The position numbers and the translations under genes are program-made. From the NCBI RefSeq assembly GCF_001194135.2, contig NC_068985.1, positions 2,781,070 through 2,845,069 on the forward strand: 64,000 nt of DNA, read 5' to 3'. Shown here in pieces: positions 50,304-64,000 of the stretch; positions within the stretch are counted from its first letter, which is position 1; the number at the start of each line of letters is the position of its first letter. Origin of the DNA: Octopus bimaculoides (lineage: Eukaryota). The notes below the pieces were generated by a model, which did not search any database, was not told where the DNA came from, and saw only the letters and a list, made by a program, of their open reading frames with translations.

Positions 50304-50430
50304 GATGGGTTTCTTTCAGTTTCCGTCTACCAAATCCACTCACAAGGCCTTTGGTTGGCCTGAGGCTATAGTAGAAGACACTTGCCCAAGGTAGGACGCA
50401 GTGGGACTGAACCCAGAACCATGTGGTTAG
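49998..50430 (-). mobile_element. SINE family A, near full length, with long (TA)n linker
   Basis: 3' module and body in reverse complement, flanking (TA)n at ~50222-50300. Confidence 0.88.
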
Positions 50431-50667
50431 AATTTTCCAATTGTGTCCTATATAAAGGCAGTTTTTGGTGGTAATCACAAAATCTTGAAGCAGCTGCACA
50501 TCATCTGCATTCTCATCACAGTAGATGGCAGATAGTAAACAGGAATTTAAATTGCCATGAATATAGTGCAATTATTTTCCAGTTGTGTTGGGCCAGCCCC
50601 AGATTGCTATACCATTTTAATTTTGTCATAAATACCAAACAGTATGTTTCTCCCTCTATGTAATTAT

Positions 50668-51170
50668 TACATACAAAAAGAAAATAAATAAATGTGATGA
50701 GTCTGGGATCTATTAAATTTCCCCTTACTAATGAACACAACACCCAGGTAAAAACTATTGTGTATAAATGCATAAAGAGAAAGGGAAAAAAAACCCTACT
50801 GTATCCCAGTGTAGTTCAAGTGGGAAAATGCCTGCAGGATGAATGGTCCACTGCAGGTTATGTCACAAAAGGTAAACAACACGGGGCAGTTGTTGTCATC
50901 TGCAACAGTGAGGCAAAGGGCAGAGCTGTGGCTGTTGCCATATTCTGAAATTCTCTCATGATCCCACTTTACTTGGGAAGATGATTGACCAAAATACAAG
51001 TCATCAGCATGCGACCCCACAGGGAGCAGGGCAGGGTGGTGGCAGTTGCAGAGGGTTGTAGAGAGGTGGTAGCACTCAAGTCCTATCTCCAAGAGAAGGA
51101 AGCAAGTATATCTTGGGAGTTCCATGTTTTGGTTACTCCTGAGAACTTAGGTGGCATCTTGGACAACTTC
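50668..51170 (-). mobile_element. Degenerate non-LTR RT fragment (clade uncertain)
   Basis: HGTP(K)... then SHADDL (YADD-like) ...HLNYTGI (YLGI-like). Confidence 0.4.
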
Positions 51171-51204
51171 TAGTTCAGAAAATGTGAGCAAATGCAAGTG
51201 GCGA

Positions 51205-51712
51205 CGCATTGTGTCCTTGAGCAAGACACTTTATTTTCATGTTGTTTCAGTCCACTCAGCTGGCAAAAATGAGTTGTACCTGTATTTCAAAGGGCCAGCC
51301 TTGTCACGCTCTGTGTCACACTGAATCTCTCTGAGAACTACGTTAGGGGTACACTTGTCTGTGGAGTGCTCGCCCACTTGCACGTTAATTTCTCAAGCAA
51401 GCTATTCCATTGATCACATCAGCTGGGACCCTTGTCATCATAACCAATGGAGTGCTCCTTTTGGTGGAGGTGTAATTGCCCGGTGGTTAGGGCAGCAGAC
51501 TCGCAGTCAGAGGATCATGGTTTCAATTCCCAGACTGGGCATTGTGAGTGTTTATTGAGCGAAAACACCTAAAGCTCCAATGGCTCCAGCAGAGGGTGCT
51601 GGCGAACCCTGCTGTATTCTTTCACAACTTGCATGTTAATTTCATGAGCAAGCTGTTCCGTTGATAAGATCAACTGGAACCCTCGTCGCCGTAACCGACA
51701 GAGTGCTCCTTT
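51205..51712 (+). mobile_element. Tandem SINEs: family F (51205-51460) then tRNA-headed family E (51466-51712) sharing the same 3' tail
   Basis: E head ggaggtgtaattgcccggtggttagggcagcagactcgcagtc...gtttcaattccc. The tail ttgca(c/t)gttaatttc...gtaaccga occurs after both. Confidence 0.8.
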
Positions 51713-52251
51713 AAATTATTACTATTAATATTTGTAAAAGAACAATAGAGTTAAAACTCTATGTGCAGTAAATAAAGCTTCTGTTAATTGTTTGTGAGTA
51801 TTGTTAGTTACTTCTTCACACAGCCCAAGAAATACACTTTCATTCACCACCACTACTAGCACCACTACCACCACCATACCAAGCAACAATTGAATATAGA
51901 TAAAAAAAAAAAAAAAGGAAATAATCAAACTGTAGCTTTTTACCGTTTTAGTATTTATTCTAGTGGTAGGAATGTGCAAATGACGTGCATGCACACACAC
52001 GTGTATTTCTTACCTCTCAGAAAAGCCATTTGCAAAGTTTAGTGTGACATAGTTATGAGTACAGGTGTTTATGTGAGAGCTTTTGTACACTGAGCCAGTT
52101 CACTAAACCCCTGTATATTAAACCCCTGTATATTAATGCTATTTAATTGGCACCAGAAATGCCAACTCAACTTTCATAGAATCTAAATACAAAATTGAGG
52201 ATTACAGAAGCTAATAGTGTAAAATATGCCATTAAATAATGCTCTAGTCTT

Positions 52252-52290
<39 letters not shown>

Positions 52291-53117
52291 TTCAGTTACG
52301 ACAATATGCAGCATTTTGATGGTGGTGATAAGAATCCAATTCCAAACTGATCTACTGCCATTGTAGTTTTAACACATACAACAAAAATATTAAGCAACTC
52401 TAGTTAGCTGTGCTTGCGTTTGCAAGACTGAGAAAACGATTCTGTATATAGGCCAACGGGCAAGTTGCAGTTCAGGAAAACATACACATTTTGAGATGTG
52501 TCTGGTGAAGCATGAAGAGAAGGATGACCTGATGGTTAAAGTCAGTGGATGGCACAGTGAGAAAAATGAATGTTTTCACATCCCTTTGATGTAGGGGCTA
52601 TATTGGAGAGAAAGATCTAGGCATGAATTCTTCTCTAGCAATGTATGCATGTGTTTTATCACTGCTAAGTATAGGGCATTTCTGAGCACTGCATACAGAC
52701 ACAGAGTTATATACACACATGTATACATAATTATTCAACTCTTACCAGCACACATACAAACACTCTGGCCTACAAATACAAGCACACACACACACACAAA
52801 ACAAAAACATAGTGCTTAAACTCATTGACACTCAAATGTATATACATTTCTTTCTTTAGGTGCCCAGAATGTAGGACAAAGGTGATCATGTCCTATCACA
52901 ATCCTCTGTTCCTTGTTTTCCGTAACAGTTCCACTTCCTGATGTTCAATGCCTCTCTTCTTCCAACCAATTCCTCAGACTTGAACATCCACATCATCCTT
53001 CTCCTTTCTCTGCTTCTTTTCCTTTCAATCTTTCCACTCATCTCTAAATTCTCCTTGAAGCAGCTTCCTATTTACCACAGCCCAGGTAATCATATATATC
53101 CATGTGAAATCTTTGCT

Positions 53118-53181
<64 letters not shown>

Positions 53182-54057
53182 ATTATCTTCTACTAAGCAC
53201 ACTCAAACAGTCCTCATTTGCACTAATGAATCACAACATTAAGCACACCCACACTCAGTTCTATTAGTAAAGACAAACACCTTTCTGATAAATGTATCAA
53301 GTGGAAGCAAATTCAGTGAAGTTGTTGAAGTTGTAGAAAGAACTCAGTAGAGTTGTAACAACATGAATCCAAAGGAATTCAGATGTGAGACACTTTTTAT
53401 CATGTGTGGCACGATTCTTGTACAATTGGTTAATCACATCAAATAAGTGTGGTAGAGAAACCCCAGAAGCAAGACAAGCTTAAACTTTCAGTGAAATCTC
53501 TAAGAAATATCGATGAAATTATGTATGAAAGTAAGGCACATACACATTCACAGGCATACTTCAAGTAGCAGTGCGTATTATAAGTGGTGGACATGACGAC
53601 ACCAGTCATTTGCTAACAACATGTCCACACTAAATAGCATTTCAAACATTTTTATACAAATACATTTTTAATGATGATGACAACAATGGCTACGGTTTCC
53701 TGGTTATTATCCAAGGTACAGCCCAAAATATTAAAAACTTAAGGCTTAAAGAAACTATCTTTGTTAATAAAGTAATTCTGTTAATTAGAAATACTCAGGA
53801 GCTAAGTTATGTTCATTGACTAATTTTCATCCAATTGATCGATGCAGAATGGTCCTAGCTTCTAGTTTTGTTTTCTGCATAAAGAATTCTTTTCCTGAAA
53901 TTACAGAATGCAAAAGTGAGAGTGCAAACCATTGGGCTTGTTTTCATTCCTTTATTCTCAATTCACATTGCAGCAACTTTCTTGATAATTATTACTTTAT
54001 CATTTCATAAGGCTTCATATGAACTAGAATATTCTAGTATATATAAATATACATACA

Positions 54058-54290
54058 GTGGAGTCATGTGGCTCAGTGGTTAAGGTGATGGATTCATGAT
54101 CGTAAGATTGTGATTTCAATTCCTGGACCAGGTGATGCTTTGTGTTCTTGAGCAAAACACTTCATTTCACATTGTTCCAATCCACTGAGCTGGTACAAAT
54201 GAGTAATCCTGTGACAGACCAGCATCCTATCCAGGTGGGGAAATTATACGCCATTGAAACCAGAAACCAGCCCTTATCAGTTTATATGAC
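54058..54290 (+). mobile_element. tRNA-headed SINE (family F type)
   Basis: A box TGGCTCAGTGG, B-box-like GATTTCAATTCC, then tgtgttcttgagcaaaacactt. Confidence 0.8.
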
Positions 54291-54312
54291 TTGGAAAGGA
54301 AAATTATATACT

Positions 54313-55115
54313 ACATCATCATCATCATCATCGTTTAACGTCCGCTTTCCATGCTAGCATGGGTTGGACGATTTGACTGAGGACTGGTGAAACCGGATGG
54401 CAACACCAGGCTCCAATCTGATTTGGCAGAGTTTCTACAGCTGGATGCCCTTCCTAACGCCAACCAATCCGAGAGTGTAGTGCGTGCTTTTACGTGCCAC
54501 CAGCATGAGGGCCAGTCAGGTGGTACTGGCAACGGCCATGCTCAAAATGGTGTTTTTTACGTGCCACCTGCACAGGAGCCAGTCCAGCGGCACTACACAC
54601 ATTCCTGTACCTCTCACCATCAATTTCTACAGTCACCTGTATCCCATCTGAACATCTCTCATTCTAATGAAACTTTCCCCTCCATCCACTCACCTAATCC
54701 AATCCTCTCTAACACTTCACCCACCCCACTCTACATTGAGGATACATTATCCACAACCATCCCCTTCACTCTCCATCTCTAGTTTTCTCTCCCCTTTCTT
54801 CATCTCTCTTCTACAACAAGATACCTCTCTATCCCTCAATTATTCTTTTAACTTCTCATCAACTGGCACAAAGCCACTTCCCTCAATACCACTCCCCAAG
54901 TTGAGGGGACTGTCTTGAAAGTTACTTGGTGACCCCACCAATGCTGGTGCCACATAAAAAGCACCCAGTAAAGTGGTTAGCATTAGGAAGGGCATCCATC
55001 CGTACAATCCAAGCCAAAACAGACAACAGAGTTTGGCACAGTGCTCTGGCTTGCCACCTCTTATCAAACTGACCAACCCATACCAGCATGGAAAATGGAT
55101 GATGATGATGATGAT
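54313..55115. mobile_element. Two family C copies in opposite orientation (54313-54592 -, 54922-55115 +)
   Basis: Both carry the ctggatgcccttcctaa(c/t)gc...catggaaa motif and a (TGA)n tail. Confidence 0.85.
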
Positions 55116-55116
55116 G

Positions 55117-55151
<35 letters not shown>

Positions 55152-55715
55152 TGTGTAGGCTAATTTGTTGAAAAAAAGAAAAATCATGATACTTCCACAT
55201 GAATTTATTCTTTCAAGCACAACATTTATCTTCTCTTCACAGACATTTGGCTTAAAATGCCCTGATAGAACATAGACAAACAGTTCTCAGCTAAGAGTTT
55301 CATCATAAACATCNNNNNNNNNNNNNNNNNNNNNNNNNNNNNNNNNNNNNNNNNNNNNNNNNNNNNNNNNNNNNNNNNNNNNNNNNNNNNNNNNNNNNNN
55401 NNNNNNNNNNNNNNNNNNNNNNNNNNNNNNNNNNNNNNNNNNNNNNNNNNNNNNNNNNNNNNNNNNNNNNNNNNNNNNNNNNNNNNNNNNNNNNNNNNNN
55501 NNNNNNNNNNNNNNNNNNNNNNNNNNNNNNNNNNNNNNNNNNNNNNNNNNNNNNNNNNNGTTACATGGTTAAAGTATATATTTAAATTATGTCAGAAAAA
55601 TGTTAGAAAAATGTTATAAAATCTTTTTGGTATATAAACATTGTATTTTGAGAAATAACCGGTTTCGGGTTGTCTTTTCAAATTTCTCTACTTCATTGTA
55701 ACGTGTTCGATCAAG

Positions 55716-55799
55716 AGACAGACAGACAGAGAGATAGATAGATACACAGATAGATAGACAGACAGATAGATAGATAGACAGATAAAGAGATAGACGGAT

Positions 55800-55872
<73 letters not shown>
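55716..55872. repeat. (GATA)/(GACA) compound microsatellite
   Basis: Direct inspection. Confidence 0.95.
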
Positions 55873-57230
55873 CACACTCATAAACATGTGTGTATGTATG
55901 TGCATATGTATATATACATGAATGAGGAACTCAAGATATTTCAATGAAATATTGTTCCCATAATACTTTTCAAAATTTCCAATGTGACATAATGGAGTAA
56001 GTAGTGGTACTTAAAAATTGAACAAAAATTCAAAACAAGTAGTTTTACAATTTTGTTTTTAAGGAATTTTATTCAGAGATTTAGTCGTAATGACTGAATT
56101 TGAAGGAAAAGTGGCTGCAGTAGAAAAAAAAATTGGAACCAATCTATCACTTGGTGACTGTATCAAAAACTCTCATGATAAAAACAACTTCAGTAATGAA
56201 AACAACAATGGATTGGTTTAGAATTTAATAGAAACATTCAATAAGATTGTGGAGTTGCAAATAAACGGCATAAGAACATTCTGTAGGGGAAGCTGAATCC
56301 GAATGTATATGGTTTAGTAGATGTTCATTTTATAATTTTGGACTAAATTGAGAACAAAGAGGCTTTGAACAGGATGTATGGCTAGAAACATCTCAAGCAG
56401 CAGAACTGAACAACTGTGAAAGAAAAGGTGAAATAATTAGAAGTAGAAGAAGAGGAATGTGTAGCTTTTACCAGCACAGGATAACAAATATTTTATAACT
56501 GAATCAAAAAGCGCATGGGGTATGTATAGATTCAAATACAGAAACATTCAGTGGCAGACACTGAGAACCTAGAGGGAACCGTTTCTCTGTATACATTTAT
56601 TGTATACCTCATCTTCCTAGATTTCAACTTTCCATGTCATCTCCTTTACTGTTTATCCAATGAAAAAATATTCTGTGTACCATAATACTTAAATGTCTTT
56701 TCTAAGTGTAGCTGCTTTCTGTTGCCTACTTCTTCCATGTACAACATTGTTTCCCTCTTTTGCCTTGAGTCAATACCTCATTATTTCAAATCCTTACCCT
56801 TTTCTTTTTTCCCCCTTTAAAGCACTGCCACTTTCTATCTTCACTTCTTAGCTTCTTCTCCCTTCTCTCCCCCTCACATCTCAGACATCTTTCTCCTTCA
56901 AATTCGATTCTTTTCGCCTATATTTTCCCAGACAACACTACTTTGTCTCTGCTTGCCCACACTTTCTTACCTTCATTCTCAGATGAAGAGCAAGGGCAAA
57001 ACCATTCCATGCTGCACTCCTCACTAATTAAACTCATCCACTCTCCACTTGATTAATTGTTGCTGACACAGACCATCGTTAGTTTCATTTGATTCCAAAG
57101 TTTATTGTATTTCTACAATGACCAAGAGAAACAGAGAGAGACAGAGGAATAGAAAATGGGAAGAAGGGCTGAGATGGATTGCTTATGTAGAGAGAAAGGA
57201 GAGGGAAGAGGAAGAATTTAACTACCTGTT

Positions 57231-57293
<63 letters not shown>

Positions 57294-58608
57294 TACATAT
57301 GTATGGGGGGGGGTAATAAATATATTGCAGTTATACATGAAGGGGAGATTTCTATAATTAGTCCACAAAGTTGTATATTTGCATTAATTAAACAACTAAT
57401 ATTTTAGTGAGAGATAAGATCAGTTGACAAGGTCAATATCAGATATTATTGACAGTTCAGTTTTAAATTACACAGTCACTATGAAACAGTAAAGTAGGCA
57501 CCAAAGGGATTTGATCTCATAAAATAAAGATGCCAAATTAAACATTCAGAACAATTATATGTTTAGTTTTGCGGTTGCGTTGGCCCAGACCAGTTATTCT
57601 AAATCTATTAAGTAATCAAAATGCTGAATTGTTGTTTAGCCCTCGGTCAGTCTCGATCAGTCAGAGAGTCCAGAAACAACAACTCCAGCTTTGATAATGG
57701 CATTAATATCCAAAACAACGATGACGATGCTATTGAGGATACAAATACTTTCTAGACATCAGAGTAGAAGATTAACCACACAACACCCATAGATCCCATG
57801 CACTCACACAGTCTAAAAAACATTGAATAGCTGGTTCCATTCATTGGAAAGTAATATGTAAAAGACAAAGAACCATCCTAACTTCAAGGGGGCTTTTTAT
57901 TTCATTACATATTTATATGATGATTGATAGAGGCAAATAATTTTCTCACACACACACACACAAATCTCTTCTTTATTTTCTCAATCCTAATTTTACCAAA
58001 ACAAAAACAGAAAATATAAAATATAATATTAAACACATAAATAAATGAAGATCAGGTGCATTTTTCTAGAGTCAAGGAGAAACTTACACTTCAGTTACCT
58101 TCTCCATTCTAATTATGAATTTGGAATTGCCAATTAGCCATTTATTCAGCTAGAACAATCAAGATACATGAAACTGCAGAGCTCTATTCTTCTTGAAGCC
58201 AAGAAACCACTAATTGGCTGGAATGAACAATCCAGATAGAATCAGGTAGCTAAGGAACAACACTGTTTATTACATCATTTTTCACTTAAGTTATTTTTTT
58301 ATTTCAAAACTTCTTCCCGAAACAGAAATTTTGATTGAAGACAAAGAGCTTTCATTGCATCTATTTACCAATCTATCATATGTCATATGCCTTTACTAAT
58401 TTTTATTTTTATCCATTTACTGAGTTCAAATTAGATCTTTACTGGCTTATAATTTATTGATCAATTATTCTTATGTAAACTATAACAACAAAATTTTTAG
58501 GGAATTTGTTTCAATCTTCCTTTCTTTAACTTTTCATTGCTGGTTTCCCTCTACTTCAATGCTGATTAATTTTAAATGCACTTTTTCATACAATGAAATC
58601 TTCTTTTT

Positions 58609-58644
<36 letters not shown>

Positions 58645-58859
58645 GTATGAGGAACATTTTATAAGTATACACCCAACTGCAATGTACACACTGAGCAATA
58701 TATACTACAATCATTTATACACACGTTTGGCATGTGATAAATCTGGAAACGCACATAAATTACAAATGTTATGATAAACAACAACCAGACATATACAGTC
58801 TCCAATATCCAAGGATATCATGATATGACATGACATAAAATACCACATAATACATGCTG

Positions 58860-59200
58860 TGATATATGATGCCTGGTGGTTTCCTCCATACAATCTGCCA
58901 GCTCCAGTCTTCACATGCATAGACAGACAAGCCCCAGCTCTCTGAAGCTGCACCAACAGAAGGACCACCTCCTATGAACAGAACAGGATTGCAGGGGCAC
59001 AAAGAAAATGCTACTGCACAAGCCCAGATCCAACTCCTTGCCTTCAGTCCTGGCAGACCACCAGTGCCCAAACTGCAGCAGAGCCTTTCCAAGCATGCAC
59101 CAGACCACTCAGCCACAGCCAGGCTCACAGTGCCCCATTTCTTCTCTCATCCTTCGTTATCGTCACCAATGATGGACAAACTTACCATATCATGCTGTAT
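58860..59200 (+). mobile_element. 3' end of a second RTE-1-type LINE family, with a C2H2 finger relic
   Basis: DRQAPAL*SC...TSYEQNRIAGAQRK...HQCPNCSRAF(fs)...LSHSQAH, then tcatccttcgttatcgtcaccaatgatggacaaac, typical of an RTE terminus. Confidence 0.75.
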
Positions 59201-60696
59201 AACTTACCATGGTTTACATCACTCTATTGCAATAAAAATCGTTTTGTTACATTGTATATATATTTAACACATGCCTACGTGTACACACACACACTAAAAA
59301 TCTATGACATTCCGTATACCATTAATATATTCTCCATAATTTGACCTGGAAACCACAAGAGCAAACAACATTTCATTCTAAGATTTCTCTACATGAAGAA
59401 ATATTCAACATTTTAAAAACTATTGTCCAGTCTGATGTATGTATCCCAAGACACAAACTTTCTATAAGTTGTAAAGTTAATTGAATACTAGTAGATGGTA
59501 ATTCTATGCCTATATTTTGTTTCAACAGTGAGATTGTAATCTAAAATGAAAAGAAATTGTTGAAGCACTGAACAAAATGTCACTCAGCATCTTAAGCAGC
59601 TTTACACCAGCCGTATTAACTTGATCAACCTCACAACAAGCAACATCACATTCTTACTATGCATTTGCCCAAATATTCATAGAACTAAACAAACAAAATT
59701 TACAACTGTCAATATTGCTGCTAGCAAATTTCTACCGAAAGCCTATTAAGAGACCAATACTTACATAGACAAAACATATTCATTTTTGTTTGGTTATATC
59801 TCAAAATGTATTTGTCAAAGAGGAGAGATCAAACTAGCAAATTTAAAGTTGAGTCATTTTCCTGCAGAAAATATCCACAGCTCTCTTAGTAAATTTCTAT
59901 TATCAAAAGAATAACAAAGCTTCGCAGGATGATTACATTAGTTGATCAAATTTCCCCAACAATGCTAGTGATAACTATTTGTTTTAATGTATTTTTTATG
60001 ATATATTTTTGCTGTCTACAAAAAAGAAACCAGTTCTGTTTTATTTCTTTTAGCTTTTTCATGTTTGTTTCCTGCATTTATTTCTAATTCTTATTTATTT
60101 TGCAAAAATCCATTCACTTGAAGATTTACTGAGAATAGTAAAATGTAAAGCAAATAGATATTATCAAGCAAGATATTTATCAAGCAAAATATTTATGCAC
60201 ATTTAAATTAGAACTGATGGTTTGTTTCATTTTCTCCCATATAGCTAAAGATAGCTATTAAGATAAAACAGAAAATAAATTGTAATAGCAACATTAAAGT
60301 AGTTGACATCATCATCACCACCACAACTACATCACAACGCCACCACCAACAATAAATTCATTGCTTAGTGTCTTTCATATTCAACACTTACATGGGTTAG
60401 ATAGGTTTACACAACAGTATGTTTGCTTATCTCATTTATTATCTGACAAATGTAGTTTACGAAGCCTACTTAAAAAATATTTCCTCCCAAAATATATTCT
60501 ACAATCAACATACAACTACCTCGTCATGGAAATCGAAGCTTCACAAGTATTATTAACAGTTAAATACCAACTACTTATTATCAGCAATCCCCATCTCTCA
60601 ATGATGAACCATATTGACAATAGCTGGGGTGACAATCAAAATAATGTCACTCACAAATTGTTTAATTCTCTAACATCTGCCCTGCTTTTTCCCCAC

Positions 60697-61075
60697 CTTT
60701 TATCATCTGTTTGTTTCAGTCATTAGACCACGGCCATACAGGGGCATTGTGTTGAAGAGTTTCTTTCTTTTTTCTAGTTGAATGAATCTGCCTCCATGCT
60801 AATATTTTAAAGCCTGGCACTTATTCTATCAGTCTCTTCTTCCCAGCCACTAAGTTATGGGGATGCAAACGCATCAAAACCAGTTGCCAAGCAGTGGAGG
60901 AGGACACACACAAATATACACAATGAGCTTCTTTCAGTTTCCATTTACCAAATCCACACACAAGTCTTTGGCTAGCCAGAGGCTATAGTAATAAACACTT
61001 GCCCAAGGTATCACACAGTGGGACCCAGCCTGGAACCATGTGGTTGGGAATCAAACTTCTTACCACACGGCCATA
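60697..61075 (-). mobile_element. SINE family A, full length
   Basis: Reverse-complement head ggccgtgtggtaagaagtttgattcccaaccacatggttccagg, plus 3' module. Confidence 0.88.
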
Positions 61076-61986
61076 CAATAAACTTACAACACTTGCAGAT
61101 GGAGAACATATTTTATGTTCATATTTTAATAGGATTTTTTGTTGTTTTTTTTTTAAATATGGATGATGTCAGTGTAATGAAGGAAGAGAATTCTAATGTT
61201 TTAGCATACAAATTGTTCAGCATATGAGTATAGTCACCTCCCTGACATGTACCAAGCTAATGTTTCTCATAATCAGATATTATTTCAACAACTCAATAGT
61301 GCTCACTCTTGTTTTTCCCATTTACACTGCTGTGCATTCAATAAATCACACTGACCAGAGATTGTGTAGTTTATTTCTCATTTATTACCCATATTTCACT
61401 GTCGTGCAGCATTAAACTTCTGACACATAGTTTGTATACTCTGCTTTTTCAACAGACAATGATGTAAATAAATAGATTTCAAATTCAACTTCATCTTTGA
61501 ATAGATGGTTAGCCATGTATCAATTTCAAGCAGATTAAATAAGGATAAAAATGCAAATAGTCTTGAATGTGAACAATTGCTATTAAAATCCCTTCCATTC
61601 TGCCAAGCAACACCAACACATTTCTATTGGCCTTTATCTTATACCACCTCAGTAACACACACTAGACTTCAAGTACCAGAATGGTACCATAAATGAATTG
61701 CAATTCTAGCATGGAACTTTTGTACTAAATTACTTACATGTTCCTGGTTATAATGAAGGAAAAACTAAAGCATATGCACTTTCATTTACGTTTTCATCAA
61801 TATCTGTTTAAGCTGAGCTGATAGTTCATTTCTATTTATCTTTGACTCACATTATGGAGACAGCGTCCTTTCACACACTTCTCTTTCATGCAAAAGTAAG
61901 TCTACAAGGGAGTACAAATCATTATACACCTTGCACTGTCTTTAACATTAATAAAACACAATACTCGCAAATTATATACTAATTAA

Positions 61987-62206
61987 CCTTTTTGCTACCA
62001 ACCCAGCTGAAACCGGCTCTGGCTCTCGGTACAAATGTCTTGTTTTCAAAAGTTTTGAATTAAAATCTTCCACCAAACCTTAGTCACAATGTCTGTTCCT
62101 AACACTAGCTTAATGATAACTAAGTTATTTTACTAAATTCTTTGTTATATTTAAAGTAATTGAAATAAACACGGAGCATCTCAACAGAAATACAGTAATG
62201 AAAGAG
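61987..62206. mobile_element. TTAA-flanked MITE (piggyBac-like non-autonomous), 220 bp
   Basis: TTAA at 61983-86 and 62207-10; imperfect termini cctttttgctac / gtaatgaaagag. Confidence 0.7.
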
Positions 62207-63295
62207 TTAAAAAATAAAAACAATTTTCATTCCAAAACTATTATTTCTTTGTTACTGTAGAGAGATTTGAAACTAAATCCCTGGATATGAGGTCAGGTTT
62301 CAAGAGTCAGCTACTTTGGTTTCATGTGATTGGTCTATGAACCGACCAATCGGCGTGAAGCAACTGTGTGGACAACTTTCCTTGAGCATTCTAGAATTTG
62401 ATTTCCAGTCCTCTATAAAAAAACCTTCAACGTGCATTTTTAACAGCCAGATGACCCAAGAAGACAGCCAAAACAGATGGCACAGATAGATGACAGGAAC
62501 CTCCATCACCACAAATGTAGCACAATTCTTTCCAGTTATGATGTGCAAGCCATATGTTGCTGTATCAACAGCTTGCCGTAAACTCCAGGCAGTATCTTTC
62601 TCCAAAAATGTAATTATTGCTGTTCTTATCTGTAAAAGGCCAATGCAGTTTTGTCTTTACGTGTAACAATAAAATCAGTTGAATGTTCATGGGTGTTGTT
62701 CAATTACTTTTACATGCAGCCTAAGAATAAAAATAATCTTCATCCTCAAAATAGTGTTTCCTTGTTACTAAAGAGGAGGACAATCTTATTTACTTCAAGA
62801 CAAACAAAAACACTAAGGAAACCGAGGAGTATTATGTCTTACTTCTGGATAAAAAGTTTCCTTCTTTAAAATATTTCCAGAGTATTTAGACACTATGAGG
62901 CATTAGAACGTTATTTATCTAATAAATTGTATCAAAATAAAACTAATCTCCATTTCTGAAACTGCCATCCAATGAGATTCGAAAGAAATCATTCATGATG
63001 ACTGATATTGGAGGGGTTTTCTGAAAGGAAGCAAAAACTATGTATATGGAAGAGAATTTGAAATTTATGATGAAACAAGGGAGGGAAAACTTTGGCATTT
63101 ATAGAACAGAGGAGAATTGAAAAAGATGGCTAACAATTCTGCAAAACTGCTGAGTCCCATGTTTATTCAGACCAACTTTCTGGAGACTATTGGTGTTAAT
63201 TCACAAATGGCATTGGCTTAATAAAGTTGTTATTGAAAAGTCTATAATTGAATTCTATTGGATCTCAATGTTTGCAGTGTTTGTTTTTCTCTTCC

Positions 63296-63334
<39 letters not shown>

Positions 63335-64000
63335 TAGATAGATAGATAGATAATAAATAATTATCTAAGAATCCATAAGTCAGAAAAACTATGCACTCAT
63401 ATATTTGTCAATAGAGGGTATATTAATCAAAGTGTTCAGTATTACACATCCATTACAGCTGATCTTAGCAAACAGTTTTGCACTGCATATTAAAAGCAGA
63501 TGCTCCTCAGGGCTGGCAGGCATGGAATAACTGCTCTCCGTTAATGGAGGTGAAAACATACACTCCATTTGTGAGTGCTGTGAAAAAAGATGAAACAAAG
63601 CTATAAGAGGAAAACTCAGCAACAGCAATGTCAAGAGTTATGGCCCTTGACCCAAAAGAGTCCCAGAGATGGTATAAGAGAATGTAAACGTTTCCAGGAA
63701 ATGCATACAGAAGGTAAAGAATCGGTATTCATTGATATTCAGCTAAAATGATTTGGCCATGGAAAAAACCATTTTGAAAAATTTTTAGCATCTGAACATT
63801 TACCTAAACAGAATAAGTGAGATGTTTAGTTCTTATCCACATGGAAGAAGGTATATTTTATTATACCTACAAGCAGCAGCATGACTATAATCACTAGACT
63901 CTCCACCTTTGGCCCTCCCACAATCATATCCTGAGAACCCAGCAAAAAGCTAAACAAAAATATACACAAATGGACAGAAATACATATGTGCCCAAACACG

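Noticed and set aside
4240-57357. Numerous ORF-track entries rich in YI/HT/CV/LS or X
   Set aside because: These are translations of (TA)n, (CA)n, (AG)n and (GATA)n microsatellites, N-gaps or antisense frames of SINEs/LINEs.
62300-63634. Minus-strand acceptors at ~62630 and 63577 with short open frames (possible MASTL middle-region exons)
   Set aside because: No convincing in-phase donor and no recognisable similarity; needs cDNA alignment.

Overview
AT-rich, microsatellite-dense animal DNA with seven N-gaps. The repeat families (tRNA-headed SINEs, RTE LINEs with (TGA)n tails, Dong/R4 relics) look like a coleoid cephalopod, most likely Octopus; this is inferred from recall, not a database hit. 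Only one host coding exon is recognisable: a 163-nt minus-strand exon (46558-46720) of Greatwall/MASTL kinase (TPKSVRR...RVLGTPDYLAPE...HG). No neighbouring MASTL exon could be found, so most of the window is probably very long intron. The rest is mobile DNA: at least 5 SINE families, RTE/BovB-like, Dong/R4 and other non-LTR relics, a near-full-length DD37E (TRT-like) Tc1 element with IR/DR-type long TIRs, a deleted DD37D maT element, a fold-back mariner MITE, and hAT and TTAA MITEs. Best lead: a tRNA-headed (Pol III) SINE family, 3 copies here, whose body folds as a minimal Penelope-type type I hammerhead ribozyme. Stem II differs by a compensatory base pair between two copies; each copy here has core mutations and is probably inactive. 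Repeat boundaries were read by eye and are approximate (about +/-20 bp) unless a TSD is given.
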